Positions 12,497-28,500 of a DNA stretch of 64,000 nt are shown here, in pieces (positions within the stretch are counted from its first letter, which is position 1; each line of letters begins with the position of its first letter). The position numbers were made by a program, and so were the translations under genes. Location of the stretch: positions 20,336,001 through 20,400,000 of the forward strand of contig OZ024752.1 in the NCBI GenBank assembly GCA_964016885.1, in the 5' to 3' direction. This DNA is from Eledone cirrhosa. Taxonomy: Eukaryota. The notes under the pieces are model-generated. The model was not told the DNA's origin. It did not search any database and worked only from the letters and a program-made list of their open reading frames with translations.

Positions 12497-13690
12497 CAGT
12501 AGAGTGTAAGAACATATGTAAGCGAGATGCAAGCCCCTGGCCCATCTGTGCACTCAATAGAGTATAAGAACATATTTAAGCAAGATGCAAGCTCCTGGCC
12601 CCTCTGTGCACTTGGTAGAATGAAGGAACATATGTAAGCGAGATGCAAGCTCCTGGCCCTTCTGTGCACTTGGTAGAATGAAGGAACATATTTAAGCAAG
12701 ATGCAAGCTCCTGGCCCCTCTGTGCACTTGGTAGAATGAAGGAACATATGTAAGTGAGATGCAAGCTCCTGGCCCCTCTGTGCACTTGGTAGAATGAAGG
12801 AACATATGTAAGCAAGATGCAAGCTCCTGGCCCCTCTGTGCACTTGGTAGAATGAAGGAACATATGTAAGTGAGATGCAAGCTCCTGGCCCTTCTGTGCA
12901 CTTGGTAGAATGAAGGAACATATGTAAGTGAGATGCAAGCTCCTGGCCCCTCTGTGCACTTGGTAGAATGAAGGAACATATGTAAGCAAGATGCAAGCTC
13001 CTGGCCCCTCTGTGCACTTGGTAGAATGAAGGAACATATGTAAGTGAGATGCAAGCTCCTGGCCCTTCTGTGCACTTGGTAGAATGAAGGAACATATGTA
13101 AGTGAGATGCAAGCTCCTGGCCCTTCTGTGCACTTGGTAGAATGAAGGAACATATGTAAGTGAGATGCAAGCTCCTGGCCCTTCTGTGCACTTGGTAGAA
13201 TGAAGGAACATATGTAAGCAAGATGCAAGCTCCTGGCCCTTCTGTGCACTTGGTAGAATGAAGGAACATATGTAAGTGAGATGCAAGCTCCTGGCCCTTC
13301 TGTGCACTTGGTAGAATGAAGGAACATATGTAAGTGAGATGCAAGCTCCTGGCCCTTCTGTGCACTTGGTAGAATGAAGGAACATATGTGAGATGCAAGC
13401 TCCTGGCCCTTCTGTGCACTTGGTAGAATGAAGGAACATATGTAAGTGAGATGCAAGCTCCTGGCCCCTCTGTGCACTTGGTAGAATGAAGGAACATATG
13501 TAAGCAAGATGCAAGCTCCTGGCCCCTCTGTGCACTTGGTAGAATGAAGGAACATATGTAAGTGAGATGCAAGCTCCTGGCCCTTCTGTGCACTTGGTAG
13601 AATGAAGGAACATATGTAAGTGAGATGCAAGCTCCTGGCCCCTCTGTGCACTTGGTAGAATGAAGGAACATATGTAAGCGAGATGCAAGT
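12497..13690. repeat. 58-bp minisatellite (about 20 copies)
   Basis: Unit aagtgagatgcaagctcctggcccttctgtgcacttggtagaatgaaggaacatatgt. Confidence 0.97.
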
Positions 13691-15430
13691 CCCTGGACCA
13701 TCTCAGAGGTCCGTTTCTCCACTTGAAAACTGACTCAGTCTATGACAACCTGTCTGACCCTTGCTAGAAGGAAAATGGACATTAAATGATGATGATGATG
13801 TTACCATATTTCTAATGAAATACATTGCCTATGATTTTCAAATAATCCTGAAAGTGATAAAAAAATTAAGGAATTTTGTAATAAACTAACTTTCTCATTA
13901 GTTAGGTGGAGTTTGGATAATAATTTAATGAAGGTTCTTACATAAAATTATGATGGAATGTTTTTAGACAAATATAAAAACATCTTTAAGATGTACAGAT
14001 TCATATCACAGAACCAGTTTGGTATCAAAACAATTAATATATACCCAAACTTAGCTTCTATGTTGCAGTGTTTCACAAATAAGAAATCTCCTGGATAGGA
14101 AGCTAAGACTAACTTTCCTATGAAGGTCTAGTACCTATTTTCAACAGCTAGATTAATGGAAGAACTTCTGTTCACTGATACAATAAAATATCTGCAGCAC
14201 ATGTGATTCATAAACTAGGAGTTGGTGGTTCACAATAAGAAATAAACCAAATGACAAACAAGATGTTTAAATTATTCTGTGTCAGTCAAGGCTTAAGGTT
14301 TCAGAGTCTAGAAACAGCATTTAACAGTCAGCAAAGTAGCTGTATGTATGTGTATATATATATATATATATATATGTATGGGAGAAGGTATGAGTGTATA
14401 TGTATGTGTGTGTGAGACTGTATGTGTATATATCTAGTCCTCATTACCATAGATGCATATACAAAATTCTCAATGTCAGTCAAGGTTTGAAGGTTCAGAA
14501 TTTAGAAATAGCATTTTAATAATCAGCAAGATAGCTGTATGTATGTGAGTACATATGTATGAGTGTACATATGTATGTTCCAGGCCTAAAGGTAGAACAG
14601 GTCGACCTTATTCGGGTATCATTAGTGTTAAACAACTAAAAGAACAAGAGTCCCCACTGGATATGACACCAGTCCATCACAAGGTTAACTCCCAGCTATT
14701 TTCAGCTGAGCATAATGAAGCAATGTGATATGAAGTGCCTGGCTCAAGGATGGAAAACATTACCTGGTTCAGGAATCAAACCCATGTATTTTAAAACATT
14801 CCATCATAATTCTGTGCAAGAACTTTTGATAAGTTATATTCCAAGCACCAACTTAATAAAGAAAACAAATTAGTTATATTACTAAATCCCTCTAAATTCC
14901 TGATCGTTTTCAAAATTATTTGAAAATCACAGACTGTGTCTTTCATTAGAAATATGGTACTGAAATGGTTCTCTAGTATAGTCTTGATACACTATATCTG
15001 AATAACAGGTGGCATGGTTATGGATGAAACAGTTTTGGTAATAGGACCCTTGGATCAAGAATTATCTATCTTTAACACACTGGAGGCAACAAAATGGACT
15101 ATAGAGTAATCTCCCCTTAATAGATAAGGCAGTGACAAGGGGAAACGATTCATAAAAATTACTAGTATGCTAAAGATTAAGGGATGCTGTCTCGGATGTC
15201 TGTGTGTGTAGCAGCACTCTCCCACATGTGGCAGCAAAACTCCATTGTGATATGAAATATGTAGCTGGCTACCTATGAAACTGTTAATCCACACTAACGA
15301 AACATAATGAGGTCAAAGGAACAATTAGTCACAATTGGGCAGGAAATTTGGACATTTTCAAATGTCCAAAAACTGATATAAATCCTACATTAGTAGGTGG
15401 GTCCATGTAAGAGTATTTAGTGCTCCAACT

Positions 15431-15520
15431 GTGTGTGTGTGTGTGTGTGGGTGTGGGTGTGGGTGTGGGTGTGTGTGTGGGTGTGTGTGTGGGTGTGTGT
15501 GTGTGTGTGTGTGTGGGTGT

Positions 15521-15556
<36 letters not shown>
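15431..15556. repeat. (GT)n/(GTGG) microsatellite
   Basis: Seen directly in the sequence. Confidence 0.97.
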
Positions 15557-15557
<1 letters not shown>

Positions 15558-16119
15558 ACCAATGCTTTGAGAAAGCAACACAAAATATCAGCCCGGAACA
15601 TTTCAATGAATCGAAACAGAAGTAATTTTTATTTCTTCTTCATGTTTTTCTGATTTTTCTGTTCAACTTCTAGCTGTCAGATGAGGTAATAACTGTTGCA
15701 TAACAGTTATCACCAAAATATATATAACAGCAATTATGAATAAATGAAGTTAATTTTAACCTGTTGACTTGTACTTCATAATTATAGATATACTCCGGAG
15801 TAAACAGACCCATTTGTGTAGTTCCTGGATATTAACTTGCATACAATATATAGGTAAAAAGTACAGAGGTATATTTAAAGTTTATTCTTTTCTTATATCA
15901 GACAGAATAAATATTTTTATAATTGTTATATTAAATGGATTTAAAGTTTGTCAAATTGATTGGTATGTCAATCTTATCAAATGTTAATAAGTTTCTCTGT
16001 GGGCAGCTAAAACATATAACAGGAGATTACAAGACTCCTGGATGTGATACTTGTCCCTCACAAGGTTAAATCCCAGGTAGAGACACTATGATGGGAGCAA
16101 TAAGAAGAGAGAGAGAATA

Positions 16120-16506
16120 TGTTGAGAGATATAACAAAGAGGGAGAGACTGTTAACAGCAATAACAAGAGAGAGACTGTTGAGGGCAATAACAAGAGAGA
16201 GACTGTTGAGAGCAATAACAAGAGAGAGAGAGAGACTGTTGAGAGCAATAACAAGAGAGACTGTTGAGAGCAATAACAAGAGAGAGAGACTGTTGAGAGC
16301 AATAACAAGAGAGACTGTTGAGAGCAATAACAAGAGAGAGAGACTGTTGAGAGCAATAACAAGAGAGTGAGACTGTTGAGAGCAATAACAATAGAGGGAG
16401 ACTGTTGACAGCAATAACAAGAGAGGGAGACTGTTGAGAGCAATAACAATAGAGGGAGACTGTTGAGAGCAATAACAAGGGAGAGAGACTGCTGAGAGCA
16501 ATAACA
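16120..16506. repeat. Variable ~25-33-bp minisatellite with internal (GA)n
   Basis: Unit gagactgttgagagcaataacaa(ga)n. Confidence 0.93.
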
Positions 16507-16908
16507 AAAATATGTGTAGTCTAAGAAAAAGACAAATGTCAATGAAGTCATAAGATGTAGTGATAACTTAAGACAGATTATAGCTAGCAGGGTGTGGGGT
16601 GGGAGAGATAAAACAAACCAGCTTAATTATCAAGTGGAATGAGTCAGGTGACCAAAAAAACAGCCACTAATAGGATTGTAGTTCAATTGAGAATAGAGTC
16701 ACACACCTTAAAATAGCAACTTCTATTATAACTTTTGTCCAATTCTGCTTTCTCACCATTCTTTAGTTTTAGATTAAAGTCCTCCTCATGGTAAAGCTGG
16801 GTAGGTAATAGGGTACAGGGTATGGGGGATGTGGACATGATGACATTGTGTCTCTTGATGTTATGTAGATATACATGTACTCCTGGTTGTCTGTTTTTTT
16901 GTATTCCG

Positions 16909-16949
<41 letters not shown>

Positions 16950-17479
16950 CACACACAGACACATTTTATAAACAAGTGTTAAACTAATTATATGGTACTG
17001 TAATTCACAGATTAATACCACCACCACCACCACTACTATTACTACTACAATCACAACAACCACAACTACCACAACTACCACCACTACTACTACTACAATA
17101 ACAACTACAACCAACACCACTACTAATAATACTAGATTCTTTCTGATAAGGTTGACAAAGTCTCTTAAATTTAGCTATTGCATCATAAGGTGTGTATACA
17201 GATATATACATACACACATTCTATGTACAAGTGTTAAACTAGTTATATGGTGCTCTCATTCAGGTTAATACAAACACCATTACTACACCTATCACACCAC
17301 TACTACTACAACTATTATTAACACTACTACAACCATTACTAACACTAATACCACAAATGTAGATATTGTACCATAAATTGTTTCAAGAGAAATCTTTAAC
17401 CCTTTCATTACCATATTTTTGTAATGAAATACCGACCCTATGTGTTTCAATTAATTCTGAAAATAATCATATTTCTTCT

Positions 17480-17660
17480 TCACCTACTTATTCCTGAGAG
17501 GATTGTGGGGGAAGTCCTTGAACACTCCTTCCAGCAGATCCTGTCAAAAGCATCTGATCTGACTGGATCCCCAAGCAAGACCGCCAAGCTCATGAATGTT
17601 ATCCAACTATCTTGCTCGGGGGGGTCTACCCCTGGGTCTCCTGCTGGTTGGTTTTGCCCG
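17480..17660 (-). mobile_element. 3' fragment of a second, older RTE-type LINE family
   Basis: Reverse complement resembles 39595-39765 and encodes an RRPRGRP.RARW.DNIHEL...LGI-like C-terminus. Confidence 0.6.
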
Positions 17661-18199
17661 TTAGGATGTCGGACTTACAAACATTAGGTCGAAGGTTCGA
17701 CTCCTGGACCAAGCATTGTTTTGTGCCCTTGAGCAAAACAATTCTTTTCCATTGCTCCAGTCTACTCAGCTGGAAATAAAATGAAACCAAACAGCAGTTG
17801 GGGTTTAAACCCTGTAATACACTGATGTCTCATCCAGGAAGGAAGAGGGGGGAGGGGGTAATCTTTTCATGATATGACTGAAGCCCCTATCATTAAAACA
17901 CCTGAGAAACCTTTTATGAAATGTAACTTTATAGGCCAACTAAACCTCTATAGGTGTAAGCTGTTCTCCCTCTACCACCATTGCTACAACCTATCACCAC
18001 CACTACTACTACTACTACTATTACACATATTACCACCTCTACCACTGCTGTTACATTAATCACAATCACTGCTGCATTATGATAAACTTATTCTCTCAGA
18101 AGTTATTCAAGCCACTGATTAGTTGATTTGATAAAAATAGAAGCTAAATCTCCTTCAAAAATACCTCTTACTGCCTTAAAGAGGGACATGTCTGATAAG

Positions 18200-20085
18200 A
18201 GACACATTGATAATGTGGTCCTAGATAGACTTTGGCTGATATAAAGGAGCACATTGAATAAAGTAGTACTAGATATACTATGTCTGATATAAAGGAATGC
18301 ATTGATAATGTAATCCTAGATATACTATGTCTGATATAACGAGACATTAGATAATGTGGTCCTAGATATACTATGTCTGATATAAAGAGACATTAGATAA
18401 TTTGGTCCTAGATATACTATGTCTGATATAAAGAGACATTAGATAATGTGGTCCTAGATATACTATGTCTGATATAAAGTGACATTAGCTAATGTGGTCC
18501 TAGATATACTATGTCTGATATAAAGTGACATTAGATAATTTGGTCCTAGATATACTATGTCTGATATAAAGTGACATTAGATAATGTAGTCCTAGATATA
18601 CTATGTCTGATATAAAGAGACATTAGATAATGTGGTCCTAGATATACTATGTCTGATATAAAGAGACATTAGATAATGTAGTCCTAGATATACTATGTCT
18701 GATATAAAGAGACATTAGATAATGTGGTCCTAGATATACTATGTCCGATATAAAGTGACATTAGATAATGTGGTCCTAGATATACTATGTCTGATATAAA
18801 GAGATATTAGATAATGTGGTCCTAGATATACTATGTCTGATATAAAGTGACATTAGATAATGTAGTCCTAGATATACTATGTCTGATATAAAGAGACATT
18901 AGATAATGTGGTCCTAGATATACTATGTCTGATATAAAGAGACATTAGATAATGTAGTCCTAGATATACTATGTCTGATATAAAGAGACATTAGATAATG
19001 TGGTCCTAGATATACTATGTCTTATATAAAGAGACATTAGATAATGTAGTCCTAGATATACTATGTCTGATATAAAGAGATATTAGATAATGTGGTCCTA
19101 GATATACTATGTCTGATATAAAGTGACATTAGATAATGTAGTCCTAGATATACTATGTCTGATATAAAGAGACATTAGATAATGTGGTCCTAGATATACT
19201 ATGTCTGATATAAAGAGACATTAGATAATGTGGTCCTAGATATACTATGTCTTATATAAAGAGACATTAGATAATGTAGTCCTAGATATACTATGTCTGA
19301 TATAAAGAGACATTAGATAATGTGGTCCTAGATATACTATGTCTGATATAAAGAGACATTAGATAATGTGGTCCTAGATATACTATGTCTGATATAAAGT
19401 GACATTAGATAATGTGGTCCTAGATATACTATGTCTGATATAAAGAGACATTAGATAATGTGGTCCTAGATATACTATGTCTGATATAAAGAGACATTAG
19501 ATAATGTGGTCCTAGATATACTATGTCTGATATAAAGAGACATTAGATAATGTGGTCCTAGATATACTATGTCTGATATAAAGAGACATTAGATAATGTG
19601 GTCCTAGATATACTATGTTTGATATAAAGAGACATTAGATAATGTAGTCCTAGATATACTATGTCTGATATAAAGAGACATTAGATAATGTGGTCCTAGA
19701 TATACTATGTCTGATATAAAGAGACATTAGATAATGTAGTCCTAGATATACTATGTCTGATATAAAGAGACATTAGATAATGTGGTCCTAGATATACTAT
19801 GTTTGATATAAAGAGACATTAGATAATGTGGTCCTAGATATACTATGTTTGATATAAAGACACATTAGATAATGTGGTCCTAGATATACTATGTTTGATA
19901 TAAAGAGACATTAGATAATGTAGTCCTAGATATACTATGTCTGATATAAAGAGACATTAGATAATGTAGTCCTAGATATACTACGTCTGATATAAAGAGA
20001 CATCAGATAATGTGGTCCTAGATATACTCTGATAAAAAGGACCACATTGGATAATGTGATCCTGTAGTCCTAGATACATTATGTC
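18200..20085. repeat. 46-bp minisatellite (about 40 copies, degenerate ends)
   Basis: Unit gatataaagagacattagataatgtggtcctagatatactatgtct. Confidence 0.97.
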
Positions 20086-20609
20086 TCTTAAAAAGCTAAA
20101 ACACCTTTGGTTATAAACCTGTCAAGTCATGGCTGAAACAACAACACTGAAAGACATATTAAATTGAGTTGCAGTAGATACGTTGACTGACAAGCAGAAT
20201 GGTCACTAATTGATATCCAATGATGTGTGACCTGCTAGGTATAGCAGAGTGATTAACCCTTTAGTATTTACATTACTCTACATATAGTATTGTATTTCTG
20301 TGGTAAAGGCTTTATCTCACAAAATATCGAATCTGAGATTTTGATATTGTTTATTTTGAGAACAATACCTTAACATCAGTATGAGTAGCAAGATTGAACA
20401 GAAAGAGGTGAGAGAAATCTGGCCAGATATGGTCACTTTAAACACTAAAGTGCCTTGAGAAACTTGCCTTCTGAGTGAAATTGGATAGGCAGAAACTGTG
20501 TGGAAGCACATTGGATGAATTGTGCCTGTATTTCAAAGATCCAATCTTCTATGGACACGGGGACACACAAACACATATATATATATACACACACACAGAC
20601 ACATACATA

Positions 20610-20800
20610 AACTGAATCCAAAAGTTTTTGTCTGTTCCTTCCTCTTCTCACACTCTTTCCATTTCCATCTTTTATTTCTCATTCTACCTTCTGATAAAGG
20701 ACTAGTGTCCGAAATGTTAAGGCTCTTTTCCAACTATATCAAACATTAAACTAATATATTTCTTCATTGTACTGTGTTGTTTCTGTTTACCTTTTGCATT
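20610..20800 (+). mobile_element. Short PLE-pLTR-like element with decayed minimal hammerhead
   Basis: CCUU-CUGAUAA-A-GGAC uagu GUCC-GAAAUGUU-AAGG at about 20687-20722, with core G8 mutated. Homologous to 1020-1220. Confidence 0.55.
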
Positions 20801-20831
20801 CACACACACACACACAGATAGACATATATAT

Positions 20832-21185
20832 CATCATCATCATCATCCTTTTACGTCCGCATTTCCCTGCTTGCAAGGGTGGGACGGGAACTGATTCTGG
20901 CTTGATTTCTACAGCTGGATGCCCTTCCTACAGTGAGTGCTGGATGCTTTTTTTCCGTGGCGTCTACACGTCCACTTTACAGTGTGGGCTGGGTGCTTTT
21001 TTGCAGTGGCACCTCCACGACCATTTTGCAGTCCCTATCATCTCATTTCTACAGCTGAGTAAACTGGAGCAATGTGAAATAAAGTGTCTTGCTCAAGGAA
21101 ACAACACATCACCCGGTCTGAGAATTGAACTCACAACCTTTCGATTGCAAGGCCAATGCTCTAACCACGAAGCCATGTGCCTCCA
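20832..21185 (-). mobile_element. Composite SINE family B: tRNA head, CORE-like domain, RTE-like tail and (GAT)n
   Basis: Minus strand reads ggcacatggct..gtggttagagc...gagttcaattc...ccttgagcaagacacttt...actcagctgtagaaatgag, then RTE-3'UTR-like sequence. The same architecture occurs at 35940-36408 and 48468-48826. Confidence 0.8.
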
Positions 21186-21187
21186 CA

Positions 21188-22675
<1,488 letters not shown>

Positions 22676-23328
22676 AAAAATTAAAAATAAGAGGGATCAG
22701 ATGTTGTTTACTAGAGAGAAGGCTACGTTGGTATGGTCACGTGGTGCGCATGAAGGACGATAGCTGTATAACAAAGTGCAGGGCAATAAAGATAGACGGT
22801 AGCCACGGAATAGGCAGACCCAGAAAAACCTTGGACGAGCTGATAAACTCCAACCTCACACACTTACACTTCACCAAGACAATGTCACTGGACCGAGATC
22901 TTTGGCGGTACTCAGTAATAGAGAAGACCCGCCTTACCTAAATACAAAGTAAAACCTACTACAGTCAGTAGGCATCTCTAACAAAATACACCCCCGTCCC
23001 ATCACCCCCACCCCATCCACACTGCCCCGTTCTATGTAAAGTTATGTTGGTGCCACACCATCCAGGCCGAAACAAATGAGATCGTGTAGGTGTCACAACA
23101 AAAAAACACACAGTCCACGCTGTAATGTGGCCATGTAGGCAACACAGTAAAAACCTCCCAGACCCACACTGTAAATGTGGTTGGTGTTAGGAAGGGCATC
23201 CAACTGTAGAAAACCTGCCAGACAGTCCTATGCGAGCAAGACAATCACTCTTGCCTCAAGTGGGAAAACCCCCGTCCAAACCCATGCAAGCGTAGAACAC
23301 GGACGTTAAACGTTGATGATGATGATGA
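22676..23328 (+). mobile_element. 5'-truncated RTE LINE copy
   Basis: IRGIRCCLLERRLRWYGHV...KTRLT*, then 3'UTR and (GAT)n. Confidence 0.92.
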
Positions 23329-23389
23329 TATATATATACATATATATTATATATACATATATATTATATATACATATATACATATATAT

Positions 23390-23421
<32 letters not shown>

Positions 23422-23965
23422 CATACATATATATTATATATACATATATATTATATATATATACATATATATTATATATACATATATACATATATATTAT
23501 ATATATATACATACATATATATTATATATACATATATATTATATATACATACATACATATATATTATATATACATATATACATATATATTATATATATAT
23601 ACATACATATATGTTATATATACATATATACATATATATTATATATATATACATACATATATATTATATATACATATACATATATATTATATATATATAC
23701 ATACATATATATATATTATATATACATATATACATATATATTATATATATATACATATATACTATATATATATACATACATATATATTATATATACATAT
23801 ATATTATATATATATACATATATACTATATATATATACATATATACTATATATATATTATATATACTATATATATATTATATATACTATATATATATTAT
23901 ATATACTATATATATAATATATATATAGAAATATAATATATATATAATATATATATATATATTAT

Positions 23966-24520
23966 ACAGTATTTTCCGTTGTGTTGTAATATAAATATTA
24001 CACACAGTAGATTATCAGCTCACGTAGAGTTTGCTCGACGGTTCCAGTTGTAGTTCCAAAAGTAATCCGGAGAAAAATAGAAAGATTTGAATGGATACAG
24101 TTTAGTTGAAAGGAATTTATTGACACGTGTTTCTATAACAGTTACATAACCTAAAACAGCTGCTATCTACAAACTTTTAGTTATGCAGACATTCAATATT
24201 TCAATGTTATTATTTACTGTCATTTCATCAGAATAATATTACTGAGGACCTATTTAGTTTTTATAGAGAATATTAGGAGGGAGGGGTGAAGTTGTTAGAA
24301 GAATAGTTGAAGGAGTGGTTTTTCGATAGCAGTGAGAATTCTTGGTGGCAGTGAGTAATTAGATTCCCATCTGTTGTTTTGACATTTTTTATAGAATATA
24401 TTATTGGTTATTTTTCTAAATCTATAGAAGGATTAGAGATAGTAAAGATATGCGTGGTTGGTTTTGTGTTTGCACTTAATTAACATTCAGACTTAAATTT
24501 TTCTTTCAAGTGTACGTATC
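23966..24520 (-). mobile_element. 3' end of a Penelope-like element (ORF tail plus pLTR)
   Basis: Minus strand gives a frameshifted KFKSE-LIKCKH resembling the N..SE....C.H end of GIY-YIG PLE ORFs, followed by a hammerhead and a tail that ends in (TA)n. Confidence 0.55.
24117..24236 (-). ncRNA. Type I hammerhead ribozyme with long branched stem II
   Basis: UUAUU-CUGAUGA-a-AUGACAGU[two hairpins]ACUGUUAU-a-GAAA-CACGUGUC^-AAUAA. Stem III is the palindrome ACACGUGU. Confidence 0.7.
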
Positions 24521-24800
24521 CTTTCACCCACGCATTCATACACACATATATTTGCACACCTCTACAAAATACATATACTCACAATTCACATATTCATACT
24601 TACATATATATATACACATGCATACACATATATATACACACATGTATTCATGTACATACATACGCGCTCATGTGTATACATTTTCATACTCAACTTATCT
24701 TTATATACACACGTATAGACATACACATATATACATACATACTCTAGTCCATGTGTACATACATACACATACATACACATCTATATACACATACATACAT

Positions 24801-24903
<103 letters not shown>

Positions 24904-25570
24904 CACACATATATATAAGCACTTTAATACATGAATACACTTACATCTAACTATACACATCAAACATATATATATATTTACTTATTTATATACATTTTCA
25001 CATATATATACATACTTATGGACGTTTTTAGACACATTCATTATCGCATATTTGCACCTATTCTCATCAGCATATCTTTCCATTATTAGTGTGGTAATTT
25101 AAGGTTATTAATATATGTTGAGAAGAGATTGTTTTTATATTTTTCTAACTAGATTAAGGTTTATATAGTTGGGGGATGTCCCTCTTTTATGTAATATTCG
25201 GCTTGTAGTGGGAAAAAAGGGTTTTAGTTCTGTGTCTGGTCGGCTGACCATGCCTTGCTCATACAGGAACTGATCTGGCTTGATTTCTACAGCTGGATGC
25301 CCTTCCTAACACCAACCTCATTTACAGTGAGTGCTGGGTGCTTTTTCGTGGCGCCTACACGTCCACTTTACAGTGTGGGCTGGGTGCTTTTTTGCCGTGG
25401 CACCTCCACGACCACCTTGCGGTGGGGGAGTGGGGGCATATTGTTTATATGCTTCAGCATGTACCCATGGGAGGTCGGGTACCCTGTATTACTGCGTGTA
25501 TATATATTATATATATATATATATTATATATATATATACATTATATATATATATATATTATTATACATAC

Positions 25571-28500
25571 ATACGACTTGTCCTCAATAGAACTACGGTG
25601 ACAGTAATATCTGCGTACGCACCCCAATCCGGACTGCCCGGCACTATAAAAGACAGATTCTATGAGACACTGATGCTAACTACCTCCCAAATATCCGACA
25701 GTGACTATATAATTATTGCAGGCGACCTAAATGGTCACGTTGGACAACATTGTGACGGCTACGACGAAATCCATGGAGGCTATGGGTTTGGTACTAGAAA
25801 TGAGGAAGGCTCCAGAATCCTGGAATTCTGTGATGCAAATAACCTAACTATCTGTAACACTAACTTCAAAAAACGTGACAATCACCTGATCACCTATAGA
25901 TCCGGGGAACACACAAGCCAGGTAGATTATATCCTTACCAGAAGACGTGACAGAGTGTCTGTTGTAAACACTAAATCCCTCCCCCATGAAGAATGCACCT
26001 CCCAACATAGACTGATAATTAGCGACCTCATAGTCAGGACGAGACGTACTCAACAGCAGAAGAGGACTATCCTCAGGAGAAAAATATGGAAGCTAAAGGA
26101 CCCCACAGCCAGGAATAAATTTCAAAGCATATTACTTGATGCTTTCGACAGTAAGGAAGAACATTTAGAGTCGGACAATATAGAGGGAGAGTGGGAATTC
26201 CTGAAAGCAAACCTGCTGTTGGTGACAGACGAAGTCTGTGGCTGGAGCAGGCCTGTAGGCAGGAGGAGAGTAACATGGTGGTGGAACAGTAAGGTGGAGG
26301 GGTCAATTAAGGCCAAAAAGCAGGCTTGGAAAGTATGGCGGGATGGGGGAAGTAGAGAAGACTATCAAGTGGCCAGGAGGGAAGCTAGGAGACAAGTGTA
26401 CTTAGCAAGAAGGGAAGCTGAGGAAAGAAAGTTCAAGCATGTTCTACAACGCGATGACCAAAAACGTGAGGTGTTCAGGATTGCTAGGCAATGCGTCAAG
26501 GAAAACCGTGATATTGTCGGGGAGAAGTGTGTACTTAACGATGATGGCATACTTGCCATCACCGACGCTGATAAGAAGGTAGCTTGGAAGTGTCACTATG
26601 AAAGGCTACTAAATGAGGAGAATAAATGGGAGAAAGACAGTCTCCCCCATATCGACCCAATAGAGGGACCAGCAGTGTTAGTCGAGGGGAGTATAATAAG
26701 TAAGGCAATCAAGGATATGAAGACGGGTAAGGCGGCTGGGCCTTCGGAAATAGTTGCTGAGATGCTGAAGGCATCTGGCACGGTGGGACACACCATGGTC
26801 ACCCGCATAGTTAACCAAGTCGTACAGAATGGGGTTGTTCCGAAGGACTGGCATAGCAGCATCATCGTTAACTGTTATAAGGGTAAAGGAGACGCCCTAG
26901 ATAGGAGTAACTATAGAGGCATTAAATTAATCGACCAGGTCATGAAAGTCACGGAAAAAGTAATAGCACAACTAATCAGAGAGAGAATTGACCTAGATGA
27001 AATGCAGTTCGGGTTTGTGTCGGGCAAAAGTACCACAGACGCTCTTTTCATTGTATGACAACTACAGGAGAAGTACCTAGCTAAAGGTAAACCCCTCTAC
27101 TTAGCTTTTGTCGACTTGGAGAAAGCCTTCGACAGAGTCCCCCGCTCCATTATTTGGTGGGCTCTTAGAAAACTAGGCGTTGACGAATGGCTTGTGAGAG
27201 CTATACAAGCCATGTATAAAGAAACAGTCAACAACGAATATAGTGAAGAGTTTAGCGTAAAAGTTGGCGTCCATCAGGGCTCTGTTCTCAGCCCCCTACT
27301 ATTTATTATTGCCCTTCAGGCTATAACAGAGGAGTTCAAGACCGGCTGCCCATGGGAACTCCTATACGCAGACGACCTGACACTCATAGCGGAATCAATG
27401 GCCGAGCTAGAGAAGAAATTCCAAACATGGAAGCACGGCCTAGAATCAAAAGGACTTAAAATTAACCTGGCTAAGACTAAAGTTCTAGTTTGTAGGAAAG
27501 AAAATAAGGCGGCGGTCCCTTCTGGGAAATGGTCGTGCTCGGTGTGTAGGAAAGGCGTAGGTAGAAACTCCATTTTATGTCCTAAATGCAAAGTATGGGT
27601 GCATAAAAGATGTAGTGGGATCACAGGTAAGCTAACTAAGAACATAGATTTTACATGTGGCCGGTGCTCTGGTGCAATAAGTAGCAGCAAGTGCCCACAA
27701 AATACTAGCTCTTTCAATTGCGCAGAGGGTTCTATAGAAATAGTGGACAGCTTCCGTTACCTGGGTGATAAAATCAGCAGTGGGGGAGGGTGTTCTGAAA
27801 GTACAGTAGCTAGAGTCAGAACTGGTTGGAAAAAGTTCAGAGAGCTTATACCACTATTAGCTGCTAAAGGGTTCTCCCTAAAAATGAAAGGCAGGTTGTA
27901 CGATGCCTGCATACGAACAGCAATGTTGAATGGCAGTGAGACCTGGTCATTGTGTGCAGAGGATATACGCAGACTAGAGAGGAACGAAGCTTGCATGCTC
28001 CGCTGGATGTGTAACAGTAATATACGTGAACGGCAAAGCATAAACGAACTAAGGAAAAAATTAGAAATAAGAGGGATCAGATGTTGTTTACTCGAGAGAA
28101 GGCTACGTTGGTATGGACACGTGATGCGCATGAAAGTCGATAGCTGTATAACAAAGTGCAGGGCAATAAAGATAGACGGTAGCCACGGAATAGGCAGACC
28201 TAGAAAAACCTGGGACGAGCTGATAAACTCCGACCTTACACACTTACACCTCTCCAAGACAATGTCACTGGACCGAGACCTTTGGCGGTACTCAGTAACA
28301 GAGAAGACCCGCCTTACCTAAATACATAGTAAAACCTACTACAGCCAGTAGGCATCTCTAACAAAATACCCCCCCGTTCCACCACCACCACCCCCACCCC
28401 ATCCACACCACCCCGTTCTATGTAAAGTTATGTTGGTGCCACACCATCCAGGCCGAAACAAATGAGATCGTGTAGGTGTCACGACAAAAAAACACACAGT

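Noticed and set aside
12496-13722. 300-400 aa repetitive ORFs and a CRISPR-like appearance
   Set aside because: Pure 58-bp tandem repeat with no unique spacers and no cas genes, in eukaryotic context.
18200-20085. Possible CRISPR array or ribozyme repeat (ctgata... motif)
   Set aside because: No spacers, and no CUGANGA/GAAA core with stems.
25331-25570. N-terminal extension of the RTE ORF
   Set aside because: Chance read-through from an antisense SINE-tail fragment and (TA)n; RTE homology begins at about 25571.
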